DNA of 64,000 nt, taken from sequence record OZ196212.1; one strand, given 5' to 3'. Position 1 is the first letter of the stretch. Each line of letters opens with the position of its first letter. The notes beneath the pieces are model-generated. The model did not search any database. It was not told where the DNA came from and was given only the letters and a program-made list of their open reading frames with translations. Shown in pieces: positions 1 through 9,733 of this stretch. The position numbers and the translations under genes are program-made.

Positions 1-115
1 ACTGAACAAATTCAAAATAACGGTGTTGATCTCTGGTCTACTGTGCTAGAATTCAAATATCGAGAATACATCATCAAGGGCTTTAAACGCCTCAAACAAC
101 AAAAGTGAGCAAAAC

Positions 116-394
116 ATGAAATTTCTACAAAAAATCTGGGCAGTTCTAACAGGCGACACAACTCCACGTACACCTGAAGACATCATCGCTGATATGAACA
201 AAGGTGCGGTTGAGCTTCGAGCGCGTTCGACATTCGATAAAGATCAAATCGACAAGAACGTAGCAGAGCAAGCAGAAATTGCCGCAGAAGCTGCGCGTAA
301 AACTGCCGAGCTTGACGCAATCAACACTGGTCACGCTGCTTCAGCAGAACATGCAGATCGCGTTGCTAAACGATTCGAAGATCTGACTGCGTAA
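116..394 (+). CDS. hypothetical protein, 92 aa, Ala-rich helical
   Basis: ORF track; followed by a terminator. Confidence 0.75.
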   Translation: MKFLQKIWAVLTGDTTPRTPEDIIADMNKGAVELRARSTFDKDQIDKNVAEQAEIAAEAARKTAELDAINTGHAASAEHADRVAKRFEDLTA

Positions 395-423
395 TGCGTT
401 AAAACATACGCATTAACCGAATT

Positions 424-468
424 AAAGCCCCTTAATGAGTGCATTTGCATACATTAAGGGGCTTTTTT
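424..468 (+). terminator. intrinsic terminator
   Basis: AAAGCCCCTTAATG...CATTAAGGGGCTTTTTT. Confidence 0.8.
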
Positions 469-476
469 GTTTCTGT

Positions 477-484
477 CATAAATA
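477..484 (+). promoter_or_regulatory. T4-type late promoter (CATAAATA)
   Basis: TAAATA core ~25 nt before ATG 508; the same core precedes gp25, gp48, gp9 and wac. Confidence 0.6.
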
Positions 485-507
485 CAAGTAAACACATGAG
501 AGACGCT

Positions 508-1611
508 ATGAAAAAATTAAACACATTCATGGAAGAACTTCAGGCACTTAATGAAGTGTTCGTTCGTGGCGGCAAACCGCGCGACGGGTCTAAAGTTCTT
601 GCAAACGGAAAAAACATTTGGGTATGGAATAACGAGCGTGAGCTTGAACGTCTATTGCCTTTCATCAACAAAGAATTCAACTCCGATTTTGAAGACGAGT
701 ACGAGATCGATGAGTGGTACATGAGTGGAGCTGACGCAGTGTACGGGGAGATTGAACGCAGCAGCCTAGATATGCACGGTGATTCGACTTATCGCCCGTC
801 TACAGCGTCTGACACGCTCAGAAAGACGATTAAAGCACTGAATCTACGTGGCGTGACTCGTCGTTCGCGTTCTTTTACTACTGATTATGACGAAATCGAC
901 CACGACTTTGAAACGTCGCGTGCTGAATTCAACAAAAAGCTAGGTCAAAAAACGTTCTATCACGGCACATCGACGACTTACATCGAATCGATGCTCAAGA
1001 TCGGTCTAAAACCAGACGTAGGTGAATCGCAGTTCGATAAGATTGAACACAGCGACAAGGTGTTTGTCACGACTGAGCTTGATAAAGCAATGTTCCACGC
1101 GACTCATTCAGCGAATCAAAACAGCTCATTCCCTGTAATAATCGAGCTGAAGATTCCAGATGAGGCTAAACTAGTGTCGGATTACGACGTTGTTATCGAC
1201 ACGCTAGGTGCTGATTCTGACGAAGCACTTGAACTTGGCTACTCTGACATATATTACGGTGCAGTAAATGGTCGCGATGACGGCAAAAAATACGACGATA
1301 TGCACCAACGATTTGGTAAGCGTATCGGCAATCTATCGACTAAATTCGGTGTGTTCGGCTACAAGGGTCGTATCCCTGCAAGTCATTTCACGAAGATTCT
1401 AGCAGATACTGACGTAATCGAAGATGAAATCTCGATGAACTTCTATGAAATGGAAGACGAGTTCAAATTATCTGCGATGACATCAGAAGCGGGAAATCAT
1501 CGTTCAATTGACTACTGGTCTGAACAACGACCTGACAAATTCATATCGAATCTTGAAGACCGTTGGGAAGAGATTCGAGACGAGAACGAAGAAGAAGACG
1601 ATTGGGATTAA
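508..1611 (+). CDS. putative ADP-ribosyltransferase-fold protein, possibly virion-packaged
   Basis: FYHGTS...MLKIGLKP...VFVTTELDKAMFHA...PVIIELKIP pattern typical of H-type ART folds; start moved to 508 because 439 lies inside the terminator. Confidence 0.55.
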   Translation: MKKLNTFMEELQALNEVFVRGGKPRDGSKVLANGKNIWVWNNERELERLLPFINKEFNSDFEDEYEIDEWYMSGADAVYGEIERSSLDMHGDSTYRPSTASDTLRKTIKALNLRGVTRRSRSFTTDYDEIDHDFETSRAEFNKKLGQKTFYHGTSTTYIESMLKIGLKPDVGESQFDKIEHSDKVFVTTELDKAMFHATHSANQNSSFPVIIELKIPDEAKLVSDYDVVIDTLGADSDEALELGYSDIYYGAVNGRDDGKKYDDMHQRFGKRIGNLSTKFGVFGYKGRIPASHFTKILADTDVIEDEISMNFYEMEDEFKLSAMTSEAGNHRSIDYWSEQRPDKFISNLEDRWEEIRDENEEEDDWD

Positions 1612-1616
1612 ATACT

Positions 1617-1641
1617 AGGGAGCATTTAGCTCCCTTTTTTA
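1617..1641 (+). terminator. intrinsic terminator
   Basis: AGGGAGC-ATTTA-GCTCCCT followed by a T run. Confidence 0.75.
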
Positions 1642-1654
1642 TTGAGGTAAGAAA

Positions 1655-2134
1655 ATGTACAAATGTAAATATTTCGAAATATATGAACTCGTAACTCCGC
1701 AGATGTATGAAGCGTGGGGCGAGAAATGTTGGCAACTATTCGACGAGCGCGTTCTAATCACGCTAGACGCTCTCAGAAAGAAGTTCGGCTCATGCGTAGT
1801 CAATGACTGGAAGTGGGGCGGAAGATTCGATGACAGCGGTTTTAGAGACGTTCACTTCTATAGTTCAGTCGATGCGTACTTGAAGAGTCGTTCGCAGCAC
1901 AAATATGGTCGCGCAGTCGATGCAAAATTCAAAGTACCCGCTCACGAAGTGCGTAAATACATATTAGAGAACCCCGACGAATTCCCACACGTGAAATTCA
2001 TCGAAGTGGGTCCGTTAAAAGACGGCTCTGATATGTCATGGGTTCACATCGATGTTCGCAACGGTGACTTGCTATGTTGGTCGCCATTAGAGGGTGTCGT
2101 TTCAAAAGAAGATGTGATTCGTCGAAAACTTTAG
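1655..2134 (+). CDS. peptidase M15-family endolysin
   Basis: SGFR...SQHKYGRAVD...WVHIDVR zinc peptidase motifs. Confidence 0.85.
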   Translation: MYKCKYFEIYELVTPQMYEAWGEKCWQLFDERVLITLDALRKKFGSCVVNDWKWGGRFDDSGFRDVHFYSSVDAYLKSRSQHKYGRAVDAKFKVPAHEVRKYILENPDEFPHVKFIEVGPLKDGSDMSWVHIDVRNGDLLCWSPLEGVVSKEDVIRRKL

Positions 2135-2205
2135 TTTAACACTCGATGTTTTAGCATTAATATAACATTGTCAACAAGACATTTATCAACTAAAAGGTCT
2201 ACTAC

Positions 2206-2916
2206 ATGGGCAAAAAGAAAACTCAAGAAGATCCGCGCTCAAGTCAACGCGTCGAGTTACTTTCATTCAATCAAGAGCAGTACGCAGCCGCGATTCACGA
2301 AGAGATTAAAGAAGACGGCTCAGGTGCATTTGTGTTCGCGATTGGGTCAGCAGGTACCGGTAAAACGTGGCTAGCGACTACTCTCGGTGCTGACATGTAT
2401 TCTATGTTTGAGTACACGCAGTTCATCATTCTAAAGCCGACACTTTCGTGTGGTGAAGAACTGGGTTACTTACCGGGAACACTTGAAGAGAAAATGGAAC
2501 CTTGGATTCAAACTGTCACACAGCCGTTGAAAGACCGCTTGGGTGCAGATAAGTTCAAATGTGATTGGAACAAACGAATTCATGCAGAGCCTATTCAGTT
2601 CGTACGTGGTAAAACGTTCGATAACTGTTTCATTATAGTAGATGAAGCTCAGAACTTAACTAAAACTGAAATTCAGACGATCATGACTCGTATCGGTGAA
2701 AATACGAAGATGGTATTTTGTGGCGACTTGAAACAAGACGACCATAAGATGATCTATCGTACTGGTCAGAAAGAAATCAGTGGTCTAGCGTGGATGGTTA
2801 ACGAGATTCAGCGTCAACAACGCGCAGGTATCGAGATCATTCAATTCACTAACGCTGACGTTGTACGTTCTGGCGCATGTAAGATGGCTCTAGAAATTAT
2901 CGACAAGGCAGATTAA
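2206..2916 (+). CDS. phoH: PhoH-like ATPase
   Basis: GSAGTGKT Walker A, LGYLPGTLEEKMEPW, FVRGKTF, IVDEAQN, GDLKQDD. Confidence 0.95.
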   Translation: MGKKKTQEDPRSSQRVELLSFNQEQYAAAIHEEIKEDGSGAFVFAIGSAGTGKTWLATTLGADMYSMFEYTQFIILKPTLSCGEELGYLPGTLEEKMEPWIQTVTQPLKDRLGADKFKCDWNKRIHAEPIQFVRGKTFDNCFIIVDEAQNLTKTEIQTIMTRIGENTKMVFCGDLKQDDHKMIYRTGQKEISGLAWMVNEIQRQQRAGIEIIQFTNADVVRSGACKMALEIIDKAD

Positions 2917-3224
2917 TGAAGAAAGAAACAAACAACGTCACGTGCAAAATCACTGACGTTGGTAATTTCAATGTGCTCGTTAAATCGTGGTATGTTGAGG
3001 GTGACTTCGTTCGCGGGGTCACGCTTGAAGTAGGGGATGTCGTTAACATCAAAGAATACAACGACCCGTTGGTCTCTGGCGGCGTATATTCCGCTATCAA
3101 AGTATCAAAAGATGGGAACGTTTACTCAACTACGGTCTTAGGTCGGTTAGTATTCGACCGAACAGACTCGTCATACGTCATGAAGAACGACAAACATCGC
3201 ATTCAGTACACTACGACACTATAA
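2916..3224 (+). CDS. hypothetical protein
   Basis: ORF coupled to the phoH stop; terminator at ~3226-3250. Confidence 0.7.
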   Translation: MKKETNNVTCKITDVGNFNVLVKSWYVEGDFVRGVTLEVGDVVNIKEYNDPLVSGGVYSAIKVSKDGNVYSTTVLGRLVFDRTDSSYVMKNDKHRIQYTTTL

Positions 3225-3332
3225 CAAAAGCGCCTACGGGCGCTTTTTTTGTTTAGAATGCATCATTTCTGAAGTAAAATAAATGACGGGAGGTGTCAAT
3301 GACATACAAACAACAGCACATCGGGGCGATTA

Positions 3333-4064
3333 ATGGAAAGAACAGAAATCATAATTCCTACCAAGAGCATCAGAAATGCAGGTTATGAATTCGATGTAAT
3401 AGATACAAGCAAACTAGATCACTTTCACGTTCGATGCGTGACAAATACGTTATACGACAACAGCATACAAGGTTCACAACTCGACGGATTTCGTGCCGAG
3501 ATTACTCTAATGGACGCAGAATCACTAATCTTCTTGAACTCAATGAATCTTTATGCTAACTTTACTGAGTCGAACCGTGCAAATAATGGCATGAAGCGCA
3601 TTAAGTCGGCTCGATATGACTATCATCATTATTATCAACAACAAGAGGACTGGTTTAAAGGCATACTACGAAAGAACAGAGTCACCGTAAAATATCCGAA
3701 CGGGGAAAAGCGAGAAAAGCTTCCTACGTTCTACACGTGCGGGTTGCGTTTATCAAACGTAAGACGTTCAGCAGATAAAGCTTGTGCCATGCTCGTACTC
3801 GATGAGAACGGGAAGCCCAAGATGTATGCGTTCGCTATCGGAAAACTAAGATACATTTTCGACGCGTACGACCGGTCAGAAAACCTAAACTGCCCCGCGC
3901 AAATCGGGAAGAAAACAGTTGACGTAATCGAGTGTTTAGATTACAATGACGGAGACGATTGGAATGACGAAAACGAGTTCGAAGAAACGCGTAAATTAAT
4001 GTCGATTCCAGATGTATCCGATTTAGACAAAGTATTAATGTCATTAGACGAAGAAGAGTTTTAG
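3333..4064 (+). CDS. hypothetical protein with acidic C-terminus
   Basis: 243-aa ORF directly upstream of asiA. Confidence 0.7.
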   Translation: MERTEIIIPTKSIRNAGYEFDVIDTSKLDHFHVRCVTNTLYDNSIQGSQLDGFRAEITLMDAESLIFLNSMNLYANFTESNRANNGMKRIKSARYDYHHYYQQQEDWFKGILRKNRVTVKYPNGEKREKLPTFYTCGLRLSNVRRSADKACAMLVLDENGKPKMYAFAIGKLRYIFDAYDRSENLNCPAQIGKKTVDVIECLDYNDGDDWNDENEFEETRKLMSIPDVSDLDKVLMSLDEEEF

Positions 4065-4065
4065 T

Positions 4066-4359
4066 ATGAATGAAGTAACAACTTACACCGACACAAAAGA
4101 ACTAGCACTAGACATCGCAGCATACGCATCACTATTAGTTAAGATGGGATATTGCGAATGTGTTGAAAATCAAAAACTCTTTGTTGAAATGTGTAACGAA
4201 GCAGGGTTCAGAACAGTAACCGGAAAAGAATTTTCTCAAATGTCATTTCGACAGATGTTCGCTCGACTTCCAGCACGCATTAGTGAAGAAATTAAAGCAC
4301 AATTCTCATGGGGTAACAACGCACCAAATGAGTCTATTCTTGAAAGCGTTTACGTATAG
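4066..4359 (+). CDS. asiA: anti-sigma70 protein AsiA homolog
   Basis: ASLLVK/VENQKLF/NEAG/SFRQM align with T4 AsiA ASILIK/VENRANF/NEIG/SFRKI; lies convergent to the tail fibre block as in T4. Confidence 0.8.
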   Translation: MNEVTTYTDTKELALDIAAYASLLVKMGYCECVENQKLFVEMCNEAGFRTVTGKEFSQMSFRQMFARLPARISEEIKAQFSWGNNAPNESILESVYV

Positions 4360-4366
4360 GTAACAC

Positions 4367-4660
4367 ATGGACTTCGGAAAAGCACTAGAAGCACTGAAAT
4401 CAGGTCAAAAAGTAGCACGCGCAGGTTGGAACGGTCAGGGAATGTTTATCGTTCTTATGCCCGAACTATATCTCCCATCGTTTAACACTCAAGACACGTT
4501 CAAAAAAGTAAATGATCGAACCGCGAAACACATCGGCAAAGACACTCCACTAGACAGTCAGCCGTATATCGCTATGTTCACATCAGATGAAAAGTGGCAG
4601 CCAGGTTGGGTTGCGTCGCAAGCTGATCTTCTAAGCGAAGATTGGGCGATTGTAGAATAA
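4367..4660 (+). CDS. tad2: DUF2829 / Tad2-like Thoeris anti-defence sponge protein
   Basis: MDFGKALEALKSGQKVARAGWNG...PYIAM...WQPGWVASQADLLSEDW signature. Confidence 0.8.
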   Translation: MDFGKALEALKSGQKVARAGWNGQGMFIVLMPELYLPSFNTQDTFKKVNDRTAKHIGKDTPLDSQPYIAMFTSDEKWQPGWVASQADLLSEDWAIVE

Positions 4661-4698
4661 AAAAAAAGGGCAGTCTGCGTAATGCAAACTGCCCTTTT
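4660..4698. terminator. bidirectional terminator
   Basis: A9-GGGCAGT...ACTGCCC-T5 between convergent genes. Confidence 0.8.
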
Positions 4699-4711
4699 TG
4701 TTGGTCACTCG

Positions 4712-5275
4712 TTATTTCTGGTCGGTTAATTTCTCTACCCTAACATCTAACGCGTCAATGCGTTCTTTCAGCATGTCCGCTTCAGAACCAGTAAATCGGT
4801 CGCTGTTAACTGCCTCAAATTGAGTTTGCACTTTAGCAAGTTCAGCTTCAAAACGCCCATCTTTCTGGTTTCGAGCATCGATCTTGATACCCAATTCTTT
4901 CTGAGATTCGTACAATGCACCATACGAATTACGCAGATTTTCATCCGCTGCTTGTGATGTTGCTCTTAGAGATTCTACACTTGATCCAAGTCTGCCGTAC
5001 TGCACTAACATTTCATCTTGTTTTTTCACGATGAGAGATTGTTGTCCCTCTAGCGAAATAAGTTGCTGTGCTTGTGTAGCATTGGTTAATTTAATGTCGG
5101 TAATCTCTTCCATAATCGCGTCGTACTGCTTGATGTTGGTCTCGCCTTGCGCTTGCACTATTTCTAGTGCTTCCTGCATTCCACCATACTGAGTCGCGAC
5201 GCTCAATGAAGATATTGATAGAGGAATAAGAATCGTCCCAACCACAGCTAATGCCACTTGCCAGAACTTTGTCAT
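4712..5275 (-). CDS. N-terminal TM plus coiled-coil protein; holin/spanin candidate
   Basis: hydrophobic N-terminus; occupies the T4 gene t position between the fibres and asiA. Confidence 0.45.
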   Translation of the reverse strand: MTKFWQVALAVVGTILIPLSISSLSVATQYGGMQEALEIVQAQGETNIKQYDAIMEEITDIKLTNATQAQQLISLEGQQSLIVKKQDEMLVQYGRLGSSVESLRATSQAADENLRNSYGALYESQKELGIKIDARNQKDGRFEAELAKVQTQFEAVNSDRFTGSEADMLKERIDALDVRVEKLTDQK

Positions 5276-5318
5276 AGTATTGGTTCCTATGTTCGTTAAT
5301 CTTAGTCTTCAATCGTAT

Positions 5319-8045
5319 TTATAAGCCCAGAATTTTCTTCCACCAAGGTTTTCTAAGCTCTTGTACTTCGCTCTGAAGCGTCTCGACTTTCTCGTTAAGC
5401 TCTTTAATCGATTCAATCAAAAGACCGCTTAGATTGCCGTACGCGACGCTTAAATGGTCTTCACCCTCGACAACAGCCTCAGGTAGAACAGCTTGCACCT
5501 CTTGAGCAATCACGCCCGTTTGTCGGTCGCAATCAACATCCGCACGATCAAACGTATACCCGTTCAATTGAGTCACTTTATCAAGAGCATCATCGATCTT
5601 CTCGATGTTCTTCTTCAAGCGAATATCAGAGTATGCAGTAACGTTACCAGAACACGTGAAATCACCGCCAGTCACTGACAGCAAGTTAGACGCTGAACAA
5701 TCCAATCGAATATCATAGTCGGCGGTACTATTCGTCGTATGAAAATCAATATATCTCGCGACTTCAAGAACACCCGATGTTGATACCTTTCCTAGATACT
5801 TCCCTGCGATGTCAGCATATGTTTGCAGCGTTGCAAACTCGCTATATTGCGCAAATCGCGCATCAGATTCTGTTTCGGTGTAGTAACGACCATCATGCGA
5901 GTGACTATCGTTTGCAACAGTAGTCGTAATCGATACTGTTTTGTTTCCACTACCGTCAACTGACATACTAGCAGAACCTGACACGTCACCTGTAAGTGTC
6001 GTTGTCAACGTACGAGCAGTTGTCCATTTATCAGCATTCGGGTGATAGTTGTCCATGAAAATGCGTTGTTGCGCATGATCAGCAGCCGTTGTGCTCGTGT
6101 TGTTTCGATACGCGTAATGCAGTTGGTCAATAGCACCAGTCTCTGAATATAGCGTATGTCTGAACTTCGAGCCGCCATTATGACCCCACTGAATCCAGTT
6201 GATAAATGCAGTAGTTGGTGCGCCTGCAACATTCGAAGCTGAACCCGTTCTGAATTCATCAGTTTGAGTATTCCAGTTCGCGTTTAGCGGGTCTAGTCGT
6301 GTGTGCATGTGACTATCGTTTGCAACAGTTGTCGTGATCGATACTGTTTTGTTCCCACTACCATCGACTGACATACTAGCAGAACCCGTGACATCACCAG
6401 TTAGCGTTGTTGTCAACGTTCTTGCAGTTGTCCATTTCGCCGCGCTAGTCGCAGTAGAAGCATTACCCTGAAGTGCACCGACAAATTTAACCGCATTCAC
6501 TGTACCGTCATTCAACGTCATAAAGATGCGTTTAACAAACGAATCAGTTTCGTAGAAATTAACTTCGTTATCAGAGCCGATTTCTAGTGTTCCAGACGCA
6601 GGTCCTTGTCTAACAAACGACCACGCACCGCTAAACCCAGACGCGGCTTCGTTTAGATGACCGAAGTACAGACCTTTATACGAAGATGAACCCCACTGAA
6701 TCGAACCAGTCATAGTATCGCCAGACTTCGCTACATATCCCGCACCGTTGATAGGCGCGAATCGAGAATCAGATTCTGTTTCAGTGTAGTAACGACCGTC
6801 ATGCGAGTGACTATCGTTCGCGACAGTTACTGAAATTGTTGCGTTGGTTGAGCCATCCCATACTACTGAGCCACTAACATCACCTGATAGCGTCAGCGTA
6901 CGCGCATTCGTCCATTTATCAGCATTTGGGTGATAGCCGTCATGAAATACACTCTGATTTCTATATCGAGCGTTATTCGCATCGAAATATAGAAGTTCAT
7001 GAGACACATCAGCCGATTCGAATGTTACTTGAAATTTACTAGAGTCTGCATCGATTTCATTGTCAATTCCGATGATAAGACCGCCGTCATCGACGTAAAA
7101 ATCAACAACGTCGTCCCCTGTATTCGAATTTGAGTTTCGCTTCAGACGCATACCAGTTAAGTATGACTTAGAATTTACATGTAGTGAACCAGTTATCGTG
7201 TCGCCTGCAACGTTCACATAACGCGCATCAGATTCCGTTTCAGTGTAATAACGACCATCATGCGAGTGACTATCGTTTGCAACAGTAACAGACAATGAAG
7301 CATTTGCAGAGCCATCCCATGAAACTGAGCCACTAACGTCACCTGATAGTGTTAGCGTGCGTGCAGTTGTCCACTTATCTGCATTCGGGTGATACGCTTC
7401 GTGAAATACGCGATTGCCTTGAAACTGGAATGTATTCGGGGTAACGTACAAGCCATTTGTAGTAGTTGTACCAACATACAATTCACCATCAGTGCGAACG
7501 CGAGACGAACCAAAGTAAATACCATCAGTGAACTCACCAGTATCGTTGATTCGTAGCCATGAATCGTACGAGCGAAATGCCGTCTTGCCGCGTAGATTGA
7601 AATTATCAACGTTTAGATTTACGACGTTAGTCTCAATCGACACACGCGTAGTTGATGTTGTATCTTCGCGAACTGTTAAATTGCCACCATCACCAACCAC
7701 GAACCATTTCTTCGAATCAGTCCAGTCCAGTAACGTCAGGCGAGGCGAGCTGCCTTGAATTTCAATATCATTACCAGAAGTAGTCAACTTACCGGTCATT
7801 GCATCGCCATCTTTGCGCACGTAACCAGCCGAATGAATCGGGGCAAAGTTCGCATTTGATTCTGTTTTTGTATATGCCGAAGTTGTCCCACCGTTGCCTA
7901 GTTCGCTTGGCAGTGGTGTGTCGTGTTCAGTAAAAACTTTATGACCGTTGTACAGAACTGTTTCGCCTTGAGGATCAAAGCGTAAGTTCCCTCCGTGCCA
8001 TACTATGTTACCACCGATTGCGGTAGTAGATCTTAGTTCTGCCAT
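5319..8045 (-). CDS. tail fibre with C-terminal S74 intramolecular chaperone
   Basis: repeated HPNADKWTTARTLTLSGDVSGS...HSHDGRYYTETE modules; YSDIRLKKNIEKID...GVIAQEV...SVAYGN. Confidence 0.9.
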   Translation of the reverse strand: MAELRSTTAIGGNIVWHGGNLRFDPQGETVLYNGHKVFTEHDTPLPSELGNGGTTSAYTKTESNANFAPIHSAGYVRKDGDAMTGKLTTSGNDIEIQGSSPRLTLLDWTDSKKWFVVGDGGNLTVREDTTSTTRVSIETNVVNLNVDNFNLRGKTAFRSYDSWLRINDTGEFTDGIYFGSSRVRTDGELYVGTTTTNGLYVTPNTFQFQGNRVFHEAYHPNADKWTTARTLTLSGDVSGSVSWDGSANASLSVTVANDSHSHDGRYYTETESDARYVNVAGDTITGSLHVNSKSYLTGMRLKRNSNSNTGDDVVDFYVDDGGLIIGIDNEIDADSSKFQVTFESADVSHELLYFDANNARYRNQSVFHDGYHPNADKWTNARTLTLSGDVSGSVVWDGSTNATISVTVANDSHSHDGRYYTETESDSRFAPINGAGYVAKSGDTMTGSIQWGSSSYKGLYFGHLNEAASGFSGAWSFVRQGPASGTLEIGSDNEVNFYETDSFVKRIFMTLNDGTVNAVKFVGALQGNASTATSAAKWTTARTLTTTLTGDVTGSASMSVDGSGNKTVSITTTVANDSHMHTRLDPLNANWNTQTDEFRTGSASNVAGAPTTAFINWIQWGHNGGSKFRHTLYSETGAIDQLHYAYRNNTSTTAADHAQQRIFMDNYHPNADKWTTARTLTTTLTGDVSGSASMSVDGSGNKTVSITTTVANDSHSHDGRYYTETESDARFAQYSEFATLQTYADIAGKYLGKVSTSGVLEVARYIDFHTTNSTADYDIRLDCSASNLLSVTGGDFTCSGNVTAYSDIRLKKNIEKIDDALDKVTQLNGYTFDRADVDCDRQTGVIAQEVQAVLPEAVVEGEDHLSVAYGNLSGLLIESIKELNEKVETLQSEVQELRKPWWKKILGL

Positions 8046-8116
8046 GTTATTGTCTCAGTTGTTCATTTATCATGTATTTATGCAGATATAAAAAAAGCCC
8101 CTTTCGGAGCTTTTCG

Positions 8117-9697
8117 TTATTTGAAAAGTCGTTTCCACCAAGGCTTCTTCAACTCATCAATTTGTTGTTGCTGTTCTTTGATCGCTTCGATTAGCAAGCC
8201 AACCATGTTCCCGTACGCGACGCTTAAGTGCTCTTTCCCTTCGACTACAGCCTCAGGAAGAACCGCTTGTACCTCTTGAGCAATTACACCCGTCTGTCTG
8301 CTATACTCGTTGTTATCATCATTCGTACGGTTGTACGTGATACCACGAATCTGTTTCACTTTCTCAAGTGGATTTTCGATAACTTCAATATCAGTCTTCA
8401 GTGCAATATCTGAATAAGCAGTGATGTTACCATAACAGTAGAAATCAGCAGCATTTGTAGATGAAGTCCCTGACAATATCAAGCCATTGCTTTCGTGTCG
8501 CAATTGGCATGCAGTATGCCCAGCTCTATGGAAGCCCATCGACGCGTCGCCCGCATCGCTATTCTGAATTTCAAACTGACCAGTCGTATAATTTGGAGTC
8601 GAGCCGACGTTATTCACGATCGACAGCTTGCCAGTCATCGTGTCGCCCGCTTTGTACGTATAGCGTGCATTCGATTCTGTCTCAGTATAATAGCGACCAT
8701 CATGCGTGTGACTATCGTTCGCAACAGTAACTGTTAGTGTTTGATTAGCCGAACCATCGATTGAAACACTACCACTTGCATCACCGCCTAATGTGATTGT
8801 ACGAGCAGTCGCCCATTTCGTTGCAGACGATGCATTACCCGATAACGCTCCACTAAACGTTCCGGCAGTCACTGTACCCGTAACAGTGACACCACTTGTT
8901 GTAGTTTCAAGTTTCGTGCTGCTATTGTAATAAAGACGAATGCCTGCACTGTCAGTTGCTTGCCACAACCATACATTACTAGTGTCATCATACAGACCAC
9001 ACGTAGTACCATCAGCCATCAACGACCAAACTGTCTCACTTGCGGTATTGTCAATGCATATACCAGCCCACCCCGACGTTTGCGACTCAACCACTAGCAG
9101 GTCTGGTCGATGAGAAGCTTCACCGAGTTTAACACCAGACCCCAATGTGATTGACGTACCACTCAGATTCGTAAATGTATCAGTTGCATCAGAACGCAAA
9201 AACGATGTTGAATTGATGCCATCCAGCAACTGAGCATCGGCTGCTTTTGCAACAGTCACAGACAATGAAGCATTTGCAGAGCCGTCCCAAGACACAGAAC
9301 CGCTCACATCGCCCGTCAGCGTCAACGTACGAGCCGTTGTCCACTTATCTGCGTTAGGGTGGTACGTATCATGAAACACGCGCTGACCCGTTGCATAGAT
9401 TTCCCCCTCGACTTGCAAGTTAACCGTCGCAGCAGTCGAGCCACTTGAACGCAAGATTAGCGCCTGACCAGACCCGTATATATCACCGTCAGTGATTTCG
9501 TGAATCAACTCAGCATTTTGAGCTGCGCTAGTTGTCCACTCGATGCCGGAATTTCCTGTAGCGTAGTTAGTTTCTTCTATAACGAGGCGAGTGCTCACAC
9601 CGCTAACAACTAAACTTTCGACACTTACATCTTTCAAAGACGCGATTCCGGTCACGTCGATGCTACCATATACTTTAGTAGGGCCTAACTTAGCCAT
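8117..9697 (-). CDS. tail fibre with C-terminal S74 chaperone
   Basis: same repeat modules; YSDIALKTDI...GVIAQEVQAVLPEAV. Confidence 0.9.
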   Translation of the reverse strand: MAKLGPTKVYGSIDVTGIASLKDVSVESLVVSGVSTRLVIEETNYATGNSGIEWTTSAAQNAELIHEITDGDIYGSGQALILRSSGSTAATVNLQVEGEIYATGQRVFHDTYHPNADKWTTARTLTLTGDVSGSVSWDGSANASLSVTVAKAADAQLLDGINSTSFLRSDATDTFTNLSGTSITLGSGVKLGEASHRPDLLVVESQTSGWAGICIDNTASETVWSLMADGTTCGLYDDTSNVWLWQATDSAGIRLYYNSSTKLETTTSGVTVTGTVTAGTFSGALSGNASSATKWATARTITLGGDASGSVSIDGSANQTLTVTVANDSHTHDGRYYTETESNARYTYKAGDTMTGKLSIVNNVGSTPNYTTGQFEIQNSDAGDASMGFHRAGHTACQLRHESNGLILSGTSSTNAADFYCYGNITAYSDIALKTDIEVIENPLEKVKQIRGITYNRTNDDNNEYSRQTGVIAQEVQAVLPEAVVEGKEHLSVAYGNMVGLLIEAIKEQQQQIDELKKPWWKRLFK

Positions 9698-9733
9698 AAG
9701 ATTCCTCGTAAAAAAATTAATTCAATGAGATAT

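Noticed and set aside
439-507. Track start of the ART-like ORF
   Set aside because: It lies inside a terminator and upstream of the late promoter; ATG 508 is preferred.
5319-9697. CRISPR array or DGR template/variable repeats
   Set aside because: The repeats are in-frame coding modules. There is no spacer pattern, no reverse transcriptase and no adenine-specific variation.
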